In this document: piece after piece, positions 1 through 10,346 of the stretch
Layout of the letters: the number at the start of each line of letters is the position of its first letter
Numbering within the stretch: the first letter of the stretch is position 1
IMG/VR virus record: IMGVR_UViG_3300032053_000053
Coordinates: 6,734-70,733 of that record
Length of the DNA stretch: 64,000 bases
Direction: 5' to 3' (one strand)
DNA from: a virus
Translations under genes and position numbers: made by a program
The notes under the pieces: model-generated
What the model was told of the DNA's origin: nothing
Database searches by the model: none
Seen by the model: only the letters and a program-made list of their open reading frames with translations

Positions 1-1530
1 CCGGTACTGGCTTCAAAATTAAAGAAATGCACGGTCGCGTTTCCAAATGATCAAACAGTTATTATGATGGCTAACATAATTAATAAATTGTCTAATAAGC
101 AACCATTTATTTCTCGTGGCGAATTGAAAAAAATGTATAATCAATTCTATACACGAAATACAAAATGTGCGGAGCTTTTGCACGAGGAACTTGGCGAGAT
201 AAAAAACCTTACAGAGCCAACATTATATCAACGAGATTCTGGGAAAGAAATTGATACCTCTAATTGTGCAGATCAGGTACTTGCAAATGCTTTAGAGAGT
301 GTATTTGATAGCTCTAAGCAATTGAAATTATATGGGAAATCAGTTGCTGAGAAGGCTACTGGTTTAGTCCGACGAACTTTAGATATATACAATTTAAAAG
401 CTTCGAATGTAAATGTTGAAACTGGCAATGCTAATTTTTTGGTTATAAAAGCAGATTATGACACTCCAAAAGGCAAGACAAGTTTTTATGTTCCAATTGA
501 AGTTTCAGGAAATGATATAAATGAATCGCTAGTGTTTTTGGGCAATGCTGGTTTGAAAGAATTGAACCATGTAAATGTTAAGCAATATTTATATTCTCAT
601 GCAGGAACAAAATTAAAGATTAATGCAGAAAATATTTTAAGTGTTTTACAAAAGGCCGCATCGAGTAATACTGGGATAAGCGATGCAGAATTAGCTTTGG
701 CACGATTTAAGGCAGCGAAATCAGCGAAGACCGGGTTATTTGCAAATCAAATAACTGGACAATCTATGGACAATGCGGCTTCTGCAGATGTTTCGACTCC
801 AAGATTAGAGATTGCCGATACTTTTGAAAACAAATTAAATTCTAATGTAGGTGTTGCTGAATTTAATTTTGGTCAAGATAGTGTAAAAGCAGGCGCAGAG
901 GTAGTTATCAGGGTATTAGCTGGATTTGGGCATAAAAACCCACAAGTTAAAGTATCTGGATCTGACAGTAGCGCGATATTTTATGCTGTTTCATTAGATG
1001 GTGGAAAAGTTGGGTTTACAGTTCCGGTGAAAGTAAATGCCGGAAAAGTTAGTCTTCCAAGCATAATACTGTGCAACGGGTCATTATCGAAGTTTAGCGC
1101 AGAAGTAATTCAAAACATGTATATTGAAAATGAGTCTGATTATAAGGCTTCTGCAATCGCTTCTCCTTTATATGATCTGAAGCCGAGCGATCTGGTAAAT
1201 CAAGTTCGTGAAGCAATGCAAATTCAAAATATTGCAAGGGCCGAGGACGCATTGAATGTTTTGAGGCAATCTGGGGACGCAAAGGCATACGCAGCCGCCT
1301 TTATATTATTTAAGGGTGGGCTGGGCGTAAAACAAGCTGAGGCTCCAAAATCGAAATGTGGCATGGTAATTAAGGCATCAACAAGCAAGCATGAAGTTTG
1401 CGGGCACACGGGTCTACCATTACACAAAGTATATCAAGATCAACATGGAAATTGTTGTCCGCTATATCGTCGAGGGATGGCCGAATCATATGAAGGCGCT
1501 TATTTTATGAACAGTAAAATATTCGGGTAA
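1..1530 (+). CDS. Phage hypothetical protein, putative head-associated; 5'-truncated
   Basis: Frame is open from base 1 (PVLASKLKK...), so the gene probably starts before the window. Internal duplicated domain (FYVPIEV / FTVPVKV) and C-terminal Cys/His cluster. Confidence 0.6.
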   Translation, partial: PVLASKLKKCTVAFPNDQTVIMMANIINKLSNKQPFISRGELKKMYNQFYTRNTKCAELLHEELGEIKNLTEPTLYQRDSGKEIDTSNCADQVLANALESVFDSSKQLKLYGKSVAEKATGLVRRTLDIYNLKASNVNVETGNANFLVIKADYDTPKGKTSFYVPIEVSGNDINESLVFLGNAGLKELNHVNVKQYLYSHAGTKLKINAENILSVLQKAASSNTGISDAELALARFKAAKSAKTGLFANQITGQSMDNAASADVSTPRLEIADTFENKLNSNVGVAEFNFGQDSVKAGAEVVIRVLAGFGHKNPQVKVSGSDSSAIFYAVSLDGGKVGFTVPVKVNAGKVSLPSIILCNGSLSKFSAEVIQNMYIENESDYKASAIASPLYDLKPSDLVNQVREAMQIQNIARAEDALNVLRQSGDAKAYAAAFILFKGGLGVKQAEAPKSKCGMVIKASTSKHEVCGHTGLPLHKVYQDQHGNCCPLYRRGMAESYEGAYFMNSKIFG

Positions 1531-1532
1531 AA

Positions 1533-2360
1533 ATGAGCTTAAACCAAACGGCAAAATTATTAGTAATTAAATACGCTGCGGAATTATTTGATCCAAAAGC
1601 TTCTGCTGAGGCATTGGAAAAACTTATAAAAGATAATTTTGCTAAAATGTATCAAAAGTTTATGCTTGAATATAATGGAAATTTATCACAATTAAAGCAA
1701 GTATATAATTTTCCTCATTTAGAGAACCTTCACACTGTTTTTGCCAAGTTAATTGCTAATATCGACAAAATAAGCATAGTAGAATTAAACAGTATTGGTA
1801 TTGAGCTTATTGAAAAAATTGAAGATATCAGATCAAAGCTTAATGATTTCATAAAACTAAATAAAGATGACCCTGCGTTTGTGGCATCATTTATGAGAAA
1901 GCGCGTGGCTAGTACTGTTGACAAGGCCTTGGAAAGTTTAGAGAAAGATATAGTTAGGCAGCTGGATTATATTTACGCTGGAACGCATGATGTTAAATTA
2001 CCGTCTATTACACACGAGTATGGTGGTATCCGCACATTGCCAAGTGGAGAGCATCTTACAAAGCGTCGGCGGATGACACAAACTCCGCAAGAAATTGAAA
2101 TGCTAGTATTAAGATTTGGCGAATTTTATGGTGTTAGTGGAATGGAAACCTGGGGTAAAATAAGCAATAAAGATCATGATTTAGCTGAAAGTCTTATTAC
2201 CGCATTTCTTGGAATGAATAAAGCTACCAGGGATTATAAAAAATCAGAAGATTATGATCCGAAAAGTTTAAAAAATAAAATATTAGAACAGAAGTTATTA
2301 GAATCAAAAGTTAAGCCTGAATTAAAAAAACAAGTTAATCAGCTATTGGAACGAGGTTAA
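1533..2360 (+). CDS. Hypothetical protein (helical)
   Basis: 275-aa ORF tightly packed in the operon; N-terminal KYAA motif. Confidence 0.6.
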   Translation: MSLNQTAKLLVIKYAAELFDPKASAEALEKLIKDNFAKMYQKFMLEYNGNLSQLKQVYNFPHLENLHTVFAKLIANIDKISIVELNSIGIELIEKIEDIRSKLNDFIKLNKDDPAFVASFMRKRVASTVDKALESLEKDIVRQLDYIYAGTHDVKLPSITHEYGGIRTLPSGEHLTKRRRMTQTPQEIEMLVLRFGEFYGVSGMETWGKISNKDHDLAESLITAFLGMNKATRDYKKSEDYDPKSLKNKILEQKLLESKVKPELKKQVNQLLERG

Positions 2361-2361
2361 A

Positions 2362-3075
2362 ATGAGAATTGCGGAAATGTTAAATGCAATGGCTTCTTGG
2401 CTTGAAGATCCGAATAATGAAGCAATTTTAATTTCGGAGTATGATGAAGAGTGTTTAAAAACTGTTGCCGAGTCCTGTATTGAGGCAGCTGCATTGCTTA
2501 AAAAGGCGGCCAATAAAGTAGAATCGATTGAGCCTCAACCAGAATCGGCTATAACCGCCGAATCTTTAGATAAATTAGTGGATATTGCAAACGCTTTTGA
2601 TGCGTCAGGGGATCCAGAATTAGTTGTTCAGGCTTCAGTTTTAGATGAATTATTACTTACAATTGCAGCCCCGCCTAATGCTATAAATAATAAACGTGCA
2701 GCTGACGATAAGAGGCTTGATACATTACGAGAAAAATATCAGGGAACGACTGATACTTTAAAAGACATGAACAAGGTTATTGAGGCAGAAAAAGCAATTG
2801 AAGATAGTAAAATGACAGAGGCAACTATTTTAGATGGTTCGTTAAGCACACGTACATGTCCAGACCATCCAGGTGCACAGATGGGCAGAGTTGACGAATA
2901 TACTTGGCGATGTGAGATGGATGGTAAAACATATAACTATCAAGTAGGGTTTGACCTTGAAAATGGAATGAAAGTTCCAGGTGGTGATGTTGCAAATCAA
3001 ACAAAAATGGATATTCCAGAAACTCATGCAATTTTTGATGATCGAGAGAGTCGCCTTGGTGGATACAAACCTTAA
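2362..3075 (+). CDS. Hypothetical protein with C-terminal zinc-ribbon-like motif
   Basis: 237 aa; TCPDHPG...WRCEMDG; AGG RBS upstream. Confidence 0.6.
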   Translation: MRIAEMLNAMASWLEDPNNEAILISEYDEECLKTVAESCIEAAALLKKAANKVESIEPQPESAITAESLDKLVDIANAFDASGDPELVVQASVLDELLLTIAAPPNAINNKRAADDKRLDTLREKYQGTTDTLKDMNKVIEAEKAIEDSKMTEATILDGSLSTRTCPDHPGAQMGRVDEYTWRCEMDGKTYNYQVGFDLENGMKVPGGDVANQTKMDIPETHAIFDDRESRLGGYKP

Positions 3076-3103
3076 TTACAAGATATATATACAATGAAAC
3101 AGT

Positions 3104-3131
3104 AAAATTACCGGTTTTCTGCCGGTAATTT
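3104..3131. promoter_or_regulatory. Intergenic hairpin, role unknown
   Basis: AAATTACCGG-ttttctg-CCGGTAATTT inverted repeat between two genes. Confidence 0.35.
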
Positions 3132-3151
3132 AATTTTACGGGTAAATAAAA

Positions 3152-3931
3152 ATGGCAATTCAACCGAGTAAAACGGCAATGATAAAAATATTAGATCACC
3201 CAGATAGGGAAGAGATAATATCAAAATTAGTCATTGGGATACCTGGAAAAGATATTCATGATTGGTTGAAGGCTACATACACTAATGTCAGCGATAATAA
3301 GTTTGTATTATCTGAAAAGGCGATAAAAACTTTTCAAGATAACTATTTAGATATGTATACTTATTTAAAAGAAGATATTGCAAAAACTAAAACGGCTATT
3401 ACAAACAATACGTCGGAAACATTAGAGTTGGCGGTAAGAAATAATTCTGCATATAAGACTGCGATGTTAGAGATGGCTGGTCAAGAAATTGATGCTAAAA
3501 AAATGATAATTAATTTATGTTTTGCTATCGAAACTCGTATGGCCCAGGTTTTCGATTCAATACAACAAGATCCTAATAATATAAACACTCGTATTGATCG
3601 TTTAATGATTGAATATGCAAATACATTGGGAGTTGTGTTAGAAAAATATTATAAGTTTGTCGAGCATGCACCAGATCAAATAATTCAACATAATATTACA
3701 TTGCAAGCAGTAGATCAACATATCTCAATATTTCATGATGTTATAAAGGATATATTGTCACAAATGGATGTTGAATCAGCAATGTATTTTTTGGAAGTTT
3801 TCAATGAAAGAATGTCAAAATTAAAAAATCCAAGTGACGCCATGCAATTAAGCCCTGAGGCCAAGTTAGCTGAAGTTAAAGTATTAAATGAAGATATACA
3901 TAAGAAAATAAATGGAATCGATAATAAATAA
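3152..3931 (+). CDS. Hypothetical protein, possible N-terminal HTH (weak terminase small subunit candidate)
   Basis: HPDREEIISKLVIG..KDIHDWL helical N-terminus followed by helical body; upstream of terL. Function is a guess. Confidence 0.45.
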   Translation: MAIQPSKTAMIKILDHPDREEIISKLVIGIPGKDIHDWLKATYTNVSDNKFVLSEKAIKTFQDNYLDMYTYLKEDIAKTKTAITNNTSETLELAVRNNSAYKTAMLEMAGQEIDAKKMIINLCFAIETRMAQVFDSIQQDPNNINTRIDRLMIEYANTLGVVLEKYYKFVEHAPDQIIQHNITLQAVDQHISIFHDVIKDILSQMDVESAMYFLEVFNERMSKLKNPSDAMQLSPEAKLAEVKVLNEDIHKKINGIDNK

Positions 3932-3962
3932 ACTATATTAATGATATCGATGGTTTAAAAAA

Positions 3963-5480
3963 ATGAAAAACAGAGCTTATCCAAATTATGATAGTTATAT
4001 GTCAATCGGTCCAAAATACGATACAAAAAAGTGGATAGATGCAGTAAAAGACATTTATTATAAGACACGAACAGGGCTTGACAAACAATCGGCTGTTTCA
4101 GCAACAATTGGGGCATGGGATGATGTGGAGCAGCAAAATTTTTTTAATTGGCTCAGATTTTACGAGGAGGGAACTCACTTGAAATATAAATACGCGCAAA
4201 GTTGGTACGAGGGAGTTCAACCCGGATATTTTTTACCAGTTAGAAAAGATCAAGAAGAAGATAAAAATGAAGTAAAAGATCTTGATGAGCGATCTGCTGT
4301 AGAAAAAAAGAAAATTATAGAACATCAACGTAAAAAAGTTATTGGACGTCTTGATTCTGCCGAAAAATTATTAAGATCGGATGAAGGTCTACTTTTTGCA
4401 GGTAAAGAGTTGGAAATGCTTTTAGAAATTATTTATCAATTAAAAAAGAAGATTCAATTAATAAATAAAAAAAGCGCATCAACAAAATTATATTCAGATA
4501 TTATTGTTCGAGAGGCAAATATTTTAACTAAAAAAGGGTTTTCGGAGGCCGCTGACTTATTATATAAATTGGCTGATGAAGCAATTCCGACTACACCATC
4601 TCCAGCTCCGCCAACACAAATGTCAGGATTACCAACAACTGTTCCGGGTACTCAAGCAGATGCAGGCTCACCTCCAAGTAATCCCTCCCCAGATATGATT
4701 ACATCACAAGAGCCAGAAGAGCCGGTCTCTAATGGCATGAAGGGTTTTCTTGATGGTCTTAAAGGTGGGACAATTACTGATGAATTGGATGTTTTGGATA
4801 CGGAAGACTTGGTTGTTGAGGCCCAGGACGCGGCTGAACCAAAAGCACCAATTGAGCCAGAAATTCCGTCCAAACAATTAGAGGTCGAGGCTCCGGCAAG
4901 TTCAGATGAAAATTTAGAGGTTGTTGATAAGGCACCAAGTCAATTTGATAGTATAATGGATTCAGCTTTAAAGAATCTAACGATAGAGGACGTTGTGTTT
5001 AAGCTTGAAGATTTAGCAAAAATCTTTAAAACAAGAGAGATTCCAAGGCAATTAGCGATAGTTGATATGATGTTAGATACATTGGGACTGGCATCATTTT
5101 TCCCATCATTAGCAGAAGCAACAAACAAATCTCTAGAATCCAATCAATACGTATTGACTCGCGTTGAAGATATTTTATCAAAACTTCGAGGGACCCTGAA
5201 ATCTAGAGATGTTGATTTAATGTCTGAACATAGTCAAGCATCAAACCCTCAAATTGAAATTGCAAAATCTCATCTAACTGATCAAGAAGAGAAAGACAAA
5301 GCTAAAAAACAAATGAGAAAAGATCTGGAAAACAAGTCTCTTGAAGAAAAGGTAAAGGAGGTTCCGGAAATAGAAATTGAAGAGGATTTGGGCCAACCTG
5401 TACAGGCGCCTTCTCCTCCAATAGCACAATCACCAGAACCATCCGCAGCTCCATCCGCAGCACCAGTGCCAACTAAATAA
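3963..5480 (+). CDS. Putative internal head protein with Pro/Glu-rich linkers
   Basis: 505 aa; KYAQ, KSAS, KLAD motifs; acidic LEVxD/E motifs; located in head cluster. Confidence 0.55.
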   Translation: MKNRAYPNYDSYMSIGPKYDTKKWIDAVKDIYYKTRTGLDKQSAVSATIGAWDDVEQQNFFNWLRFYEEGTHLKYKYAQSWYEGVQPGYFLPVRKDQEEDKNEVKDLDERSAVEKKKIIEHQRKKVIGRLDSAEKLLRSDEGLLFAGKELEMLLEIIYQLKKKIQLINKKSASTKLYSDIIVREANILTKKGFSEAADLLYKLADEAIPTTPSPAPPTQMSGLPTTVPGTQADAGSPPSNPSPDMITSQEPEEPVSNGMKGFLDGLKGGTITDELDVLDTEDLVVEAQDAAEPKAPIEPEIPSKQLEVEAPASSDENLEVVDKAPSQFDSIMDSALKNLTIEDVVFKLEDLAKIFKTREIPRQLAIVDMMLDTLGLASFFPSLAEATNKSLESNQYVLTRVEDILSKLRGTLKSRDVDLMSEHSQASNPQIEIAKSHLTDQEEKDKAKKQMRKDLENKSLEEKVKEVPEIEIEEDLGQPVQAPSPPIAQSPEPSAAPSAAPVPTK

Positions 5481-5489
5481 TAAGGCTTT

Positions 5490-6260
5490 GTGAAACTAAA
5501 ATATATTATAGATCTAATGAGTAAAATAGCTTCCGAAAAAGGGTACTCTACTCCTTTTGTATGTGGAGGTGCGTCTCGCGATAAGTTAATGGGAAGGCTA
5601 GATAATATTTCTGATCTTGATATAACAACCGGCGATAAATCGGTAAGTTTATTGGCAAAAGAAACGTCCTTAAGATTAGGGAAAGATTATAAAATCACTG
5701 CAAAAATAGCTGATGACGGGCACTCATCTATATTTATTGGCGGGTTAAAGATTGATTTTTCTTCAAATTTTAATACGCCAAACATAGATAATATATTAAA
5801 GCGCAAAGGAATTAAAGCGCCCACAGATATGCAACGAGAAATTTATAGCAGAGATTTTACATGTAACGCCCTTCTCATGTCATTCGATCTTAAAACAATT
5901 ATAGACCCTACAAGCTGCGGAATAAAAGATATAAAAAGTAAAAAAATTGTTTGTTGTCTAGACCCCTCAACAACACTAATGGCAAACAAAAATAGGGTAG
6001 TTAGAGCTATTTATCTTGCCGCAAAGCTTGATTTTGATGTTGATGATAAAATAATATCTTGGATAAAAGCAAATCCGGAGTCTGTTAGGTTTGCATCTGA
6101 AAAATCATTAACTCAAAAATTAAATAAATCAATGGATTACAATCCTGATAAGACGTTAAAATTACTAGATAAAATGGGCTTATGGAATTATATTCCGATA
6201 TCAGAAAAATTATATCCATATTATATAAAAAGAATTAAGGAGGAGAAAAATGGCCAGTAA
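5490..6260 (+). CDS. tRNA nucleotidyltransferase / poly(A) polymerase family (class II NTase, short form)
   Basis: CGGASRD..DLDITT (motif A, DxD), SRDFTCNAL (RRD motif), RVVRAIYLA; GTG start. Confidence 0.85.
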   Translation: MKLKYIIDLMSKIASEKGYSTPFVCGGASRDKLMGRLDNISDLDITTGDKSVSLLAKETSLRLGKDYKITAKIADDGHSSIFIGGLKIDFSSNFNTPNIDNILKRKGIKAPTDMQREIYSRDFTCNALLMSFDLKTIIDPTSCGIKDIKSKKIVCCLDPSTTLMANKNRVVRAIYLAAKLDFDVDDKIISWIKANPESVRFASEKSLTQKLNKSMDYNPDKTLKLLDKMGLWNYIPISEKLYPYYIKRIKEEKNGQ

Positions 6261-6777
6261 AAGCAAATCTCCTCGTGTTTACACTAGGCCGCCGGTATTT
6301 TTCAAGAACTATGATTTATACGAAACTGAGGGTGTTAACGGCCCAGCCAAACAAGGTCCCGGAACAGGTTTTTTTTCAAATATACATAAATACAAAAGTG
6401 TATCAGATTTTTTGAAGAAAAAACGAAATCGAAAAAATAGAAAACGAAAGCTTGCTTTGCTGGCATTTGCTGCTGATAAAAATAATATAGATTTTATTGA
6501 TGATGAAAGTGTTAATACTATACCATATGAAGAGGTTTTGCAGATCGGGCTTCTTGATAATATTAATCCAGAATTAACAGATAAAGATGGTCATCCTATT
6601 AGTAAATTATATTATGGAACTGAAGATAGCCCGGATCCAATTAAATTTAATCCTTTTGGCATTCAAGATGGAAACGAGAGGGTTATAGACGAAGAGCCTG
6701 CGGAAACTAAAAACTTGTATTATGGAATAAGCAATACTGAAAAATGCTTTAAACCAACTGGCGTTATATTGCCATAA
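6250..6777 (+). CDS. Hypothetical protein
   Basis: 175 aa; AGGAG RBS; basic stretch then acidic C-terminus with duplicated LYYG. Confidence 0.6.
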   Translation: MASKSKSPRVYTRPPVFFKNYDLYETEGVNGPAKQGPGTGFFSNIHKYKSVSDFLKKKRNRKNRKRKLALLAFAADKNNIDFIDDESVNTIPYEEVLQIGLLDNINPELTDKDGHPISKLYYGTEDSPDPIKFNPFGIQDGNERVIDEEPAETKNLYYGISNTEKCFKPTGVILP

Positions 6778-6820
6778 TTATGTATATAATAGAGCACATC
6801 TTTAATTTAGAGGCCACAAA

Positions 6821-7771
6821 ATGGAATTTCAATCAAACGCGCATGATATTGAAGAATTGGTAATAGAGGACGATAGTTCCGCTATGCCAGTAATGGTTGC
6901 GCCGATTACGTTAGAAGTAGAAGAGGCTCTAATGCACGAACATCACGAACCCCACCAGCATCATTTTGAATGTCCTGAAGAAATGATGGAGGTGTCTGAG
7001 CCTGTACAAATAGAAATTGTTATCGAAGATCTTGGGTCTATTCCGGGTCTTAATGGAAAATTAGATCCTGAAAAAGAAAAATTACTTGAGGTTGTTGAAG
7101 ACGTTAAAGAGCCTGTAAAAGATGAAAAGGCGGATACAAATGACGCTAAGTCTTCAAAAAAAGCAGATCATTGGAATTGGTCATCAAAAGGAGCCGAAGG
7201 TTTCTTAGAATGGATACAAGATAGATTTAAATCAGTTCCCAAGCACAGCGGATTTGATAGTTCGGGTATTGAAAGAGCTTCGGCATATCTTGAAAAGCTT
7301 GATAATGAAATATCAAAAGCTATGAGAATGGATCTTGATGGCGAATTAGATGCTGATAAAATTGAAGATGTTCGTTCTAAAATTGAGGACGGCATTGAGC
7401 GGCTTGAAGAGCGTTTAGAAAAAATAAAGAAAAAGACAAAAAAGAAGAAGGCTAGTGTTAATTCTGAAATAGTTAAAGAGGCTCAAAAGATTACCGGTGT
7501 TCAAGGCATTTATGTTACCGTTCCTTTATTAATTTCAAGTATTGCAAGGACTTGTATCAACGGATATATTTCTGCCGGTCATGATATAGAGGGCACGTTT
7601 AGTGGGCTATGCAAAAAATATAAACTAACAGATCGTGAAAAGACGGAAACAATTCAATTAATTTCTGATATGGGGTTTCCAGTTAGACTTGATAGGGGTC
7701 TGATTGGCGAAGAAGATGTTGATCGTACATCGTCTGATAATGTTGATTGGTCAGCTCAATTCAGCTCATAA
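6821..7771 (+). CDS. Putative internal head protein with acidic N-terminus
   Basis: 316 aa; GAGG RBS; repeated LEVxE motifs; KEAQ motif. Confidence 0.55.
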   Translation: MEFQSNAHDIEELVIEDDSSAMPVMVAPITLEVEEALMHEHHEPHQHHFECPEEMMEVSEPVQIEIVIEDLGSIPGLNGKLDPEKEKLLEVVEDVKEPVKDEKADTNDAKSSKKADHWNWSSKGAEGFLEWIQDRFKSVPKHSGFDSSGIERASAYLEKLDNEISKAMRMDLDGELDADKIEDVRSKIEDGIERLEERLEKIKKKTKKKKASVNSEIVKEAQKITGVQGIYVTVPLLISSIARTCINGYISAGHDIEGTFSGLCKKYKLTDREKTETIQLISDMGFPVRLDRGLIGEEDVDRTSSDNVDWSAQFSS

Positions 7772-7779
7772 GGAACTTT

Positions 7780-8394
7780 ATGTCATATTCTAGGAGACAG
7801 TTGCCATTAGTAATTCGAGAGTCCGAGGCGTCAAATTCAGAGGATAATTGGATGAATGAATTTGAAAAAAATCTCGAGAGGAATGCAGTTGAGCCTCGTC
7901 GAGAAAAATCCATATATGAACAAATTGTTTCAATAATGGATACTAAAAAATCAAAATTTTCATCAGTAGAGGCTGCTGTTAATGATATGCAAGAGAGAAG
8001 CGGGTTAGTTGCTTATAGAAATAAAGTTAAACAATCTGGACAAAGCTACACAAATAAGCTTGCGTCTAAAGAGCCACTTGTATTTGTCAGGGTGCCGGCA
8101 ATTAAAAAAACAATCGAGAACTTTATTCAAGACACAAAGGGTAATTCAACCATACCTGCTATTGTTGGAAAAATAAAAGAGCTTCATAGAAACGATATTG
8201 CTGATCCAAAAGATTGGGAAGATGATAATTTAATTATTTTTATTAGCAATATGAATATGGAAGAAAAAAATAAGAATTCTGTAAATGACGCTCAATATAA
8301 TAATCTTGGTAGAGTGATGCAGGATGCTCACGATGCTGATATTGATCCTTCAAATGATGATGCGTTCAGAAGTTTGTTACCCGCCACAAAATAA
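7780..8394 (+). CDS. Hypothetical protein
   Basis: ATG at 7780 follows AAGGA RBS; preferred over the 7747 start in the ORF track. Confidence 0.6.
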   Translation: MSYSRRQLPLVIRESEASNSEDNWMNEFEKNLERNAVEPRREKSIYEQIVSIMDTKKSKFSSVEAAVNDMQERSGLVAYRNKVKQSGQSYTNKLASKEPLVFVRVPAIKKTIENFIQDTKGNSTIPAIVGKIKELHRNDIADPKDWEDDNLIIFISNMNMEEKNKNSVNDAQYNNLGRVMQDAHDADIDPSNDDAFRSLLPATK

Positions 8395-8425
8395 TTAAGG
8401 AAGTCGCGGCGTCAATTTAATTGTC

Positions 8426-10303
8426 ATGTCAAATGCAAGTGATAAGAATGAATTATTTCATAAATTAAGAAAGTCCCTTTTAAATCTTGATCCGGTAAGT
8501 TTTGCGGAACATTATTTAACTCTTGAAGGCGAGCCGTTTAGATTAAGTGGTAATGGATATAAGCCATTTTCGGACGTATATAGATATGTCGGAATCAAAG
8601 CGTTAGATAAGGACGCGAAACCGGTTGTTATTGTCAAGGGTCGTCAAGTTGGTGGAACTACAATGGCCGCCGCCCTTGAAATGTATTTTATGGGCAGCGG
8701 ATTATTTGGAGCTGGAAATAAGCCGCCAATCAGAGTTATTCACGCATTTCCACAGTTAGAGGTAGCTGCTGCATATTCAAAAACTAAACTTAATCCAATG
8801 ATTAGTTCTTCTTTAATAGAAAATCAAACAGATAAAAAGGGTGTAAAAATTAAATCGTATATGCAAAATTTAATTGATACCACCACTGCCACCAATGATT
8901 CATTACACTTTAAGCAATTTACCGGAGGAAATCACATTTGGATTGAGTCAACTGGTCTAGACGCCGACAGATTACGTGGTCGTAGTGCTGACGTTATTTT
9001 TATGGACGAAATTCAAGATATACCACAAGATGCAATAAACAACGCTACAAAGATGTTGGCGCAATCTAAATATGGCCCAAGAAATCAAGGGGTTCAGGTA
9101 TATTTCGGAACTCCAAAGAAAAAAGGTTCTATTTTTCATAAAATTTGGCAATCATCATCATTACAGTATTATTATTTAGGCTGCACAAAATGTAAAAAGA
9201 ATTTTCCATTATATACGCCCGAGTCAGATGCATGGGAAAAGATTTGGCTTCATGGATTTATTGTTAAGTGCACACACTGTGGATTTGAGCAAGATAAAAG
9301 AATATCGGCCGAAAGCGGTAAATGGGTGTCATCAAAAGATTCCGAAGAGTGCGAATATGTTGGGTTTCATCTTAATCAGCTTTATATGCCAAACTTTACA
9401 AAAGAAGATGTTCTGAAACAAAAACCTGGTGTTAGTCCTACTGCAACAGAACGGTCTTGGCAAAATGAAATCTTAGGAGAGTTTTTTCAGGGAGATTCAA
9501 GCCCAATTACTCCGGAAGAAATAAGAGAAAAATGTGGCGATGTTGAAAGAAAACTAAGGGCTAGAATAGTTCCTGGAGAAGAAAATATGGTTCTTCTAGG
9601 GATAGATTATGGTGCAAGAGCAGATTTAGAGCAGTTGGCAAATCCAGATAAAACATCTATGAGGGGCCAATCATATAGCACCGCAGTTGTTTTGACGCTT
9701 AAGGGGCCTGGATTATTGTCAATAGAATTTGCAACAAAATTTAAAAGAAATGATTTAGAGAGCAAAAAAGGTATTATAGACCAAATAATGAGGCAATATA
9801 GCGTTAATCTCGCCATTGGGGACATCGGGTTTTCACAAGACTTTTCAACAATAATGCACACAGCTTATGGTGATAGATATTTAGTTTCAAGGGCTCATAA
9901 CAAGATTAACGGCAATATTAAATACACTGCAGATGCATTCCCAAAAGAAATTGTATTTGAAAGAGATTATTATATCGCGGAATTGCTTGAATTAATGAAA
10001 GCTGGAAATATTAGATTTCCATTGGGTGATTTTGAAAAAGTTGGCTGGCTAATAAATCATTGTTCAAGTATGGAAATTAAACCAATGATATCTAAATATG
10101 GAGACCCTACAATACATTATGTTAAAGGATCAACTCCAAATGATGGGTTTATGGCTCTGTTAAATGCTTATATTGCTTATAAGTTTTTGATAACTGACGC
10201 ATTTACAAATAAAAACCCGTCTTTTAATTTTTCCAATAATTCTTCTAAAACAGCTACAAATAAGCCTTTGGCAGTTTTAGGACATATATCAAGAAAAATG
10301 TAA
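8426..10303 (+). CDS. terL: Terminase large subunit (lambda gpA-like ATPase, Zn-finger, RNase H nuclease)
   Basis: Walker A-like VKGRQVGGTT, Walker B VIFMDE, coupling motif FGTP, CTKC/CTHC, nuclease LGIDYG; directly upstream of the portal. Confidence 0.88.
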   Translation: MSNASDKNELFHKLRKSLLNLDPVSFAEHYLTLEGEPFRLSGNGYKPFSDVYRYVGIKALDKDAKPVVIVKGRQVGGTTMAAALEMYFMGSGLFGAGNKPPIRVIHAFPQLEVAAAYSKTKLNPMISSSLIENQTDKKGVKIKSYMQNLIDTTTATNDSLHFKQFTGGNHIWIESTGLDADRLRGRSADVIFMDEIQDIPQDAINNATKMLAQSKYGPRNQGVQVYFGTPKKKGSIFHKIWQSSSLQYYYLGCTKCKKNFPLYTPESDAWEKIWLHGFIVKCTHCGFEQDKRISAESGKWVSSKDSEECEYVGFHLNQLYMPNFTKEDVLKQKPGVSPTATERSWQNEILGEFFQGDSSPITPEEIREKCGDVERKLRARIVPGEENMVLLGIDYGARADLEQLANPDKTSMRGQSYSTAVVLTLKGPGLLSIEFATKFKRNDLESKKGIIDQIMRQYSVNLAIGDIGFSQDFSTIMHTAYGDRYLVSRAHNKINGNIKYTADAFPKEIVFERDYYIAELLELMKAGNIRFPLGDFEKVGWLINHCSSMEIKPMISKYGDPTIHYVKGSTPNDGFMALLNAYIAYKFLITDAFTNKNPSFNFSNNSSKTATNKPLAVLGHISRKM

Positions 10304-10346
10304 TATGCTGATATAATTATAGATAGAATATTAAGCCAAGGCCATA

